NCBI RefSeq assembly: GCF_006345805.1 | Contig: NC_043011.1 | Coordinates: 62,001 to 126,000, forward strand | Direction: 5' to 3' | DNA length: 64,000 nt | DNA from: Octopus sinensis | Taxonomy: Eukaryota | Shown: one piece after another, positions 56,818-64,000 of the stretch | How positions within the stretch are numbered: position 1 is the first letter of the stretch | Layout of the letters: each line of letters starts with the position of its first letter | Made by a program: the position numbers and the translations under genes | Notes under the pieces: generated by a model | Databases searched by the model: none | Seen by the model: the letters and a program-made list of their open reading frames with translations, nothing else | What the model was told of the DNA's origin: nothing

Positions 56818-56892
56818 AAACACTACGATCGTTTCATGGCTGTCCAATTCGTAATAATTCGAGTTATGGTTACAGTCAATCTTCAGGTGATT
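56818..56892 (-). ncRNA. Type-I hammerhead motif with intact core and 8-nt palindromic stem III
   Basis: Minus strand reads AATCAC-CTGAAGA-TTGACTGT...ACAGCCAT-GAAA-CGATCG-TA-GTGTTT, with the palindrome ACGAUCGU and a GUA triplet; the first stem II pair is U-U. Confidence 0.65.
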
Positions 56893-57159
56893 GAAATATC
56901 AGACTTTATATTCAATATATATATATATATATATATATATAATTGTGTCTGGGAAAAGTCATATATATATAAAATGTAATATCTGACAATTATTCGGTAA
57001 TTGTCACATATATTTACAGATAAATTCCTCTATTTACATAATATTGAGGTCTCTTTCATTCTTTTGTTGTCTTGCCATTTTTAGCAATATATATATATAT
57101 ATACACATCTACATAACAGCCTACTAACAATTCTACCTGTGAGTATTGGGATATACCTT

Positions 57160-57745
57160 CTAGGTATATCTCCTATTTAGTAGTGGGGATGTTTCATTTG
57201 TAAGGATGTACTCCTGTATTTGTCTGAGTATTGGGTCTTTCGGGTGCTTGGATAAAATGCAGATTTCAAGTCGACCCAGCATGGAGGACTGTTTTTTGTC
57301 GTCATATTGTCTCAAATGTTCATTTAGTCTAGATGTCTCACCAATGCATGCCACGTTCTTGTCTTTACAAGCACCCTCTTTGCACCCAATGCCGTAGACT
57401 ACATTTCTTGTTCTACCGTTAACGTTAGGGTTAATCTTACGCAGCATGCAGGTCTTATTGGTGCATGTGTTCTACACAAAGGGACACATCCTACATAATG
57501 TGATCTGATGGAGTTCCCTGGCTTTTCAACGATATTAATGTTTCGTTTGGCTTCCTTCAGAAGTTTCCTAAATCGTCGGGTTAGTTCCTCGTGGGCTGTG
57601 GCCTCTACAAACGTCACTCCTTGATTTTTGTCGGTCTTGTACCATGCGTTCACCTTGTTTGCTTCGTCACAAACTCTCTGCATCCTATCTGAAAGGGAAA
57701 AGTCCAAAGAAGTAAAATCGCCAACGGTCCACGGTGTGGTTACAC
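57160..57745 (-). mobile_element. Penelope-like element 3' remnant (thumb/linker + GIY-YIG endonuclease)
   Basis: WYKTDKNQGVTFVEATAHEELTRR..IVEKPGNSIRS, a Cys-rich linker, then RTRNVVYGIGC..C..ACIGETSR.LNEH..QEYIL..SPLLN. Confidence 0.82.
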
Positions 57746-57792
57746 ACACACACAAACATACACACACGCACACACACAAACATAGACACAAC

Positions 57793-57832
<40 letters not shown>

Positions 57833-57883
57833 AACAGTTATAAGCTTGTATCTCTAGCAATCTATCTTTCTGGCTAGCTGGCT

Positions 57884-57923
<40 letters not shown>

Positions 57924-57957
57924 ATCAGTAAATTGGTCAGTCAATATGTCAATCAGT

Positions 57958-57995
<38 letters not shown>

Positions 57996-58076
57996 CACTC
58001 TCTTACTCTCTCTTTCTCTCTCTTATATATATCTGTCTGACTGTCTGTTTGCGAGGCGCGTGTGTGCGCGTGCGCT

Positions 58077-58132
<56 letters not shown>

Positions 58133-58556
58133 TAGATATACATTTGCGCGTGAAAATTAATGGATTTAGGAAAGCTTTATTAGTCTTATGAATACGATTA
58201 ATATTGTAAAGCAAAGCAGAGTTGGTGAAGAAGACTTGTACTTCCGGTAGGAAACAGACTTTTTAACAAAGTCTGCCGGAAATTGAGTTAGATAAATAAA
58301 ACAGACAGCAGCAGAAATGAAGAAAACGCCGACAAACATAAATAAAACAAAAGAAAACATGAGAAATTGCAAAATGGCAAAAATTGCAACCAGAACAATG
58401 AAAGTAGAAACGTGAAAATGACTGAAAGAGGTGAAGTTTATATATTTTGTATTTCAATAAAACCGAGAAGAAAAGGAGCAATTGTCTTTTAGTGTCTTTC
58501 TTCGACTTCTACAGCCTCTATTCCCCACAGTAATAATAATAATAATAATAATAATC

Positions 58557-58612
<56 letters not shown>

Positions 58613-60083
58613 TAATTGTTTTTATTGGCCACAAGGGCTGACACACATGATTAGAAAACATAAAGGGACAAAAGAGGATGAAAAGTTACAAAGGGTTTAG
58701 TCCGTTTGTGAAAAAATCGTGTAAAAATAGTGTAACAATCAAATAATATAACAACGAAAAACTCCCAATAGGGGGAGGCGTTACGAAAGGTTCCTGATAG
58801 AAAAACCCATAAAAGCCAACGGGAGCCTGGTCAAAAAGGGGGTAGAGAGCCCCTTTCTCCTTTTATAAAAACCTTTTTCAATCACAGGCGAAACCTGAGA
58901 AATGGTCCATTTATACTGGCCATTCTTGCATAATTCACCCAGCTTTCAGAAAACCTGCTATCAGACAGCACTCTCCTCTCTAACCTCATCTTCGTTTTCA
59001 AGTGAAACTTGAAAAAGTTGATGAGGCCTTGACCAAAGAGGAAAGTGTCTGACTTTAGCCCTTTCAAACGGGTCCACCATACAACCTCTTTCGCCACAGC
59101 CACTAGGCACAGGAAGACGGCCTTGCCCTCCTTCTTAAAGGAGGTCGGCGGGGCAATCTTCACTATGGATTCAGCTGATAGCCGGATCCATCCTGTACGT
59201 GACAGTAGCTGTTCGACATAAACCCACAGTTCAGCAATACTCGGGCACTGGACGAGTGCGTGCAGAACGGTTTCGTCTTCCTGGCAACACCTCGGGCAGG
59301 GCCCGGCTGACGGCACCTCCGTGCCAGTAGAGTTTATTCCGAATAGGCAGAGCCCTCGGTAGCCGTGCCAGGCGGCGACCCCCTCTGGAAATTATCCATT
59401 GGCCCCGGCCCGAAAGTCCTTCCGAACACCGCTCAGTTCGTTATCATCAAAGCCTAGAGTTTCCCCGAGAACGTCTTGCGTTTTTTCCTCCACTAACCCT
59501 CTATAGAACGCTAGAGTGGAACTAAAACCGATCGCATTGCCCGCTTGGCGGAGGGCGGAGAGAGCTTGAAGGCACTCGAGGTGCCAAGCGCCCTTTCTCG
59601 GTCTACGTTTGATCCAGGTCTGCAGCTCTGTCAAAGAGACGAGCTGCGGAAAGTCGCGTCTGACAAAAGACGACCACACCTGTTCACCGTCTAGGAAACG
59701 CTTGAGATGTCGCATCCTGAGCGCATGTTTGCGCATCAGTAACCACGACATGCCAAGGCCTCCGTTCAGCGGTCGTTGACAGCAGATGGATCGCCTGACC
59801 AGTGGCACCTGACCCTTCTACAAAAAGTCGAAGAGCAGGCGTACCAGCTTCGCCAACCAGCGGTCGAGACAAGGGATGACGGTCAAGCGGTAATAGATGA
59901 CGGATGCGATGTACGCATTCGCCACCTCCGCTCGACCTTTCATGGACAGCTTCCTCTCGGCCCATTTCTGGGTGAGACGTGCCACCCTGCTCGTCACTTC
60001 TTCCCAGTTTTTATCCACCTGGAGGTCCGGACCGCACCGGACTCCGAGCAGTTTAACGGGTCCGTCTGTCCAGCGCCCTACGA
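58613..60083 (-). mobile_element. 5'-truncated Tx1-type LINE (second subfamily) with 3' end on (ATT)n
   Basis: VGRWTDGPVKLLG, WAERKLSMKGRAEVANAYIASVIYYRL, CPRC..ETVLHALVQC; AATAAA followed by (ATT)n on the minus strand. Confidence 0.92.
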
Positions 60084-60099
60084 ATAAATGTGCCCTATT

Positions 60100-62442
60100 T
60101 TTATAGCGTGCTTCACTTCACTACCGAGCGCAGCTCTGTGTGCCTTAGGTATGTGCTGGATTGTTGTGATTCTCTGATGGTTATTGTATGGAAAGTGTTC
60201 TGCTGCGTAGGATGTGTGCAGTGCTTAGTAGTGCAATTTTCTGTATGTTATATGTATTTGTAAGTCCTGGTGATTTTGTTATGTATTTGTCTGAATATTT
60301 TTTTATCATGCCTAATGCACCTACTAATTAGGGATTGTTTCTGTTTTTAGATCCACATTCTGTTACCTCTATTTCCAGGTCCTTGTATTTTGAGAGTTTC
60401 TCCATTTCTTTTAGAGACACGTTGTCATCTACCGGTATTGATACATCATTAGAAAGCATTTTTTTCTTCATGATCTCTGACAACTATATCTGGTTCTGTT
60501 GGCCTAATTTCTCTATCTGTGTGTATCGGCATATCCCAGAGAATGGTTGCTTTCTCGTTTTCTGTGACCTTTTCTGGTGTGTGCCATACACCTTTTTTCT
60601 GTTGTTATTCATAATGTTGGCATAGCTTCCAGTGTATGTAGGTTCCAACTCTGTCATGTCTGTGAATATGTTCCTTCTTAGCCAGGACTGGGCAGCTAGA
60701 GAGAATATGATTTATGTTTGTTGTCCATCTCCACATATTCTGCAGTTACTTGTATATTTCTTTTCATTACATGTTTTTTGGTAATTTCTGGTGGGGAGGC
60801 TTTGGTCTTGTGCTGCAATTAAAAATCCCTCTGTCTCTGCTTTGAGTCCTGACTTCTCAACCATTGCTGGGATTTTTCTTTGTCTATTTCTTTTGCGTTT
60901 AGTTTAGGTCCGTATTTACCATGAAGGGGCTTTTCTTGCCATCGTTTATCTCATGGTTTCGTTGCTGTTCTATTTTTAGTTTGATTTCATTTGTTTATAG
61001 CTTCTGTTGTGTCTTCTCTTCTTCTTCTTCTTCTTCTTCTTCTCTTCTTCTTCTTTCTTCTTCTTCTTCTTCTTCTTCTTCTTCTTCTTCTCTTCTTCTT
61101 CTCTTCTTCTTCTTCTTTCTTCTTCTTTTCTGTCTTCTTCTTCTTCTTCTTCTTCTTCTTTCTTCTTCTTCTTCATATTTTATTAGGTGGTATGATTTCT
61201 GTTTTGTATTCGTCAGCTTCCTTAAATACTGAGAACAGTTTTTTGTTTTGCTCGTGTTTTTGCCGCTATTTGTATCAGTTTTCCTTCCTTCTGAAGTACA
61301 TATTTTGCAGTCCTATGGTGGTTATTTTATAGTAGTTTTCCAGCTGTATAAGGCCTCTACCACCTTCTATACGTTGTAATATAGTCTTTCTATGTCAGAT
61401 TTTGGGGATGCATCCTAGATCCTGTCATTATTTTCTTGTTTTCCTATCTATTTTGGTCAGTTCATTTAATGTCCAGTTAAGGATATTGTAGCTGTAACTT
61501 ATAACTGGGACAGCTAAAGTGTTAATACATATTATCTTGTTTTTAGCATTGAGATCTGTTTTTAGTGTTGATCTAACTCGTCTATAATATTTTTTTTTTA
61601 CTTTCTCTTTCATTATGTGTGTTGTTGTCTTATCTAGTTCATGGATTCCTAAGTATTTGTAAGTTTGGCTTTGGTCTAATTCTTTTATTTCATTGGTTTT
61701 ATTAGTGTGATGTAACTCTTTAACTAGTTTTCCTCTTTTCAGGGTTACTTTGGCGCATTTTTCTAATCCAAATTTCATATCTATTTCTTTGGTAAAACCA
61801 TGAACTGTCTTTAATAGTGTTTCCCGCTGTTTGTCATTTTCAGCGTATAGTTTTAGGTCATCCATATATAAAAGGTGGCTGATCGTTTTGCCGTAACATT
61901 TATATCCGCATCCAGTTCTATTTAGCATATCAGATAGAGGTGACAGTGCCAGCAGAAGAAAGGAGCGGAGAGAGCGTTGTCTCCCTGGAATATTCCTCTT
62001 CTAAGGATGGCTTTGGTTTTCATGAGTCCCTCTTTTGTTTGGGGTTGTAGCACTGTTTGCCATTTATTCATAGAGTGCCCTATGAATTTTATAATTGTTG
62101 GTGGTGCTACTTTGTTAATGACTAGTGTTTCGAGGATCCATGTGTGGGGGATGCTATCAAACGCTTTTTTGTAGTCGATCCAGGCCATACTGAGGCCTTT
62201 CTTCTTTCTGTGGCTGTCTTCAGTTATGGCTTTATTAATCATTAGTTGATCTTTACAGCCATATGAGCCTTTGCGGCATCCTTTTTGCTCTTCTGGGAAC
62301 AGGTTGTTTAGTCCAGGGCTTGTTCAACCTTTGCGATATCACTGCAGTAAATGCCTTGAATATTGTAGGGAGGCAGGTTATTGGTCTGTAGTTTTCTGGT
62401 TTTGTTTTTTCCTTTGATTGGGAATTAAGATGGTTTTCCCCG
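60100..62442 (-). mobile_element. 5'-truncated R4/Dong LINE, same family as 42849-46894
   Basis: WIDYKKAFDSIPH, GIFQGD, LLYMDDLKLY; 3' UTR closely matches 46790-46880; the 5' end abuts (AAT)n on the minus strand. Confidence 0.94.
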
Positions 62443-62476
<34 letters not shown>

Positions 62477-62711
62477 TATATTATTATTATTATTATTAGT
62501 ATTGTTATTATTATTATTATTATTATAAATATTAATAATGATAATAAGTCTGCTGCAAGAACAAATTCTCAGAGATGATCTGCCGAGCAACCAGTACCAG
62601 GGTAATCCTAATCCTAGGCCTGTTGTGACGCTATCAAAAACACTTCCTAAAGCAAAACGCATAAAATGGACCATGGAGGTTACAGATAAATTTTGAAATC
62701 TTTCTATACAT

Positions 62712-63125
62712 AGGTGCAGGAGTGGCTGTGTGATAAGTAGCTTGCTAACCAACCACATGGTTCTGGGTTCAGTCCCACTGCATGGCATCTTGGGCAAGTG
62801 TCTTCTGCTATAGCCTCGGGCTGACCAAAGCCTTGTGAGTGGATTTGGTAGACGGAAACTGAAAGAAGCCTGTCGTATATATGTATATATATATATATGT
62901 TTGTATGTGTGTGTTTATGCTTGTGTGTCTGTGTTTGTCCCTCTAGCATTGCTTGACAACCGATGATGGTGTGTTTACGTCTCCGTCACTTAGCGGTTCG
63001 GCAAAAGAGACCGATAGAATAAGTACTGGGCTTACAAAGAATAAGTCCCGGGGTCGATTTGCTCGACTAAAGGCGGTGCTCCAGCATGGCCGCAGTCAAA
63101 TGACTAAAACAAGTAAAAGAGAGAG
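62712..63125 (+). mobile_element. tRNA-type SINE (family B), complete
   Basis: Full head, internal microsatellite and tail; matches 49866-50290. Confidence 0.92.
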
Positions 63126-63159
63126 AGTCCAACTAAACCTAATCAATAACCTTATTGTA

Positions 63160-64000
63160 CAAACATACACTACATGGAGAAATTTAGAAGGCAAGAAGCA
63201 CGAAGCTACATAGATGCAATTAAATTAAGTACGTCGAGATATCATAAAGAACAAATGGCTAACTGACCGTGAAAATGACCAAATTAGGACACAAATATCT
63301 CATGGTCCATCAATTGAAAGCAGCGACTATGAAGATGAAACAGAACAATAGAACCTAGTGTAAGAGCCGTAAAACTGAACAAGAACGAAGATGAACAAAG
63401 AAGAGCAAAGAAAAGAATTATGGAAAAAAAGAAGAACGCAAACTTACTTGAAGAAGACCAAAATAGAGAAAGGCACTGAATTTGAGAGGAATAGCAGAGA
63501 GAGGATTGCAGGAGTGAAAAAAGGACATCGTGAGAGAACTCAGCAAGATTGCGTTTATTGGCAAGGTCAATAGAGAACTGCTACCAAAGTTGACAAATGG
63601 CACAAAGAATAACAACAAAACCTTGATCTATAACGTTGCTCTAAGACAGATCTTAAGAAATAACAGAAATGATCGAACCTGAAATAATCTCATCTCTTTC
63701 ACTGCTAAAGTAGTAAGCGCTCAGTTAGGTATTAAAGAGGACAAAGGAAGAAACAAGGCGTGTCAGCAAAACTCCAAAGTGGAAAGTAGCAATGCAAAAA
63801 GTGATCGAGTCTCTGTGGCGGAAGCTTCAATTCTCGGTGAACTCCTCAACTAAGGAACTGTTGAAATAACGTATACAGCCCAACGACTTGGAAAGTATGA
63901 TGAAAGAAATCGTCAAAACCAAATATTCAAGGCAAATGCAAAGAGGTTTTATAGGGAAATTGGCAAAGGTTAGATAAAAGTAAAGGAACCACCTAAATCT
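63160..64000 (+). mobile_element. Degraded R4/Dong LINE 5' portion, running off the window
   Basis: AQRLGKYDERNRQNQIFKANAKRFYREIGK aligns with AQRIRRYEKRQR..NPKKFYQELGK of the 42849 copy. Confidence 0.78.

Overview
AT-rich, microsatellite-saturated eukaryotic DNA. The SINE/LINE repertoire and repeat density suggest an octopus (coleoid cephalopod) genome; this is an inference and was not database-checked. No intact host gene, rRNA, true tRNA or CRISPR array is recognisable, and nearly all ORFs in the supplied track are translations of simple repeats. The window is a graveyard of mobile DNA. It holds two Tc1/mariner elements (one full length with frameshifts, one internally deleted) and nine or more R4/Dong-type RLE LINE pieces, including a near full-length ~4 kb copy sitting in (TAA)n. 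It also holds five Tx1/L1-clade LINE pieces whose ends abut (ATCT)n or (ATT)n, two CR1-like LINE remnants, a Penelope-like GIY-YIG remnant, many tRNA-type SINEs and a 100-bp N gap. The most interesting signal is a set of minimal type-I hammerhead-ribozyme motifs in small non-coding elements. One has a fully paired fold with the compensatory U3-A8 core variant (6724-6766, minus strand). They are accompanied by several long fold-back inverted repeats (67, 43 and 139 bp arms). Coordinates of degraded elements are approximate.
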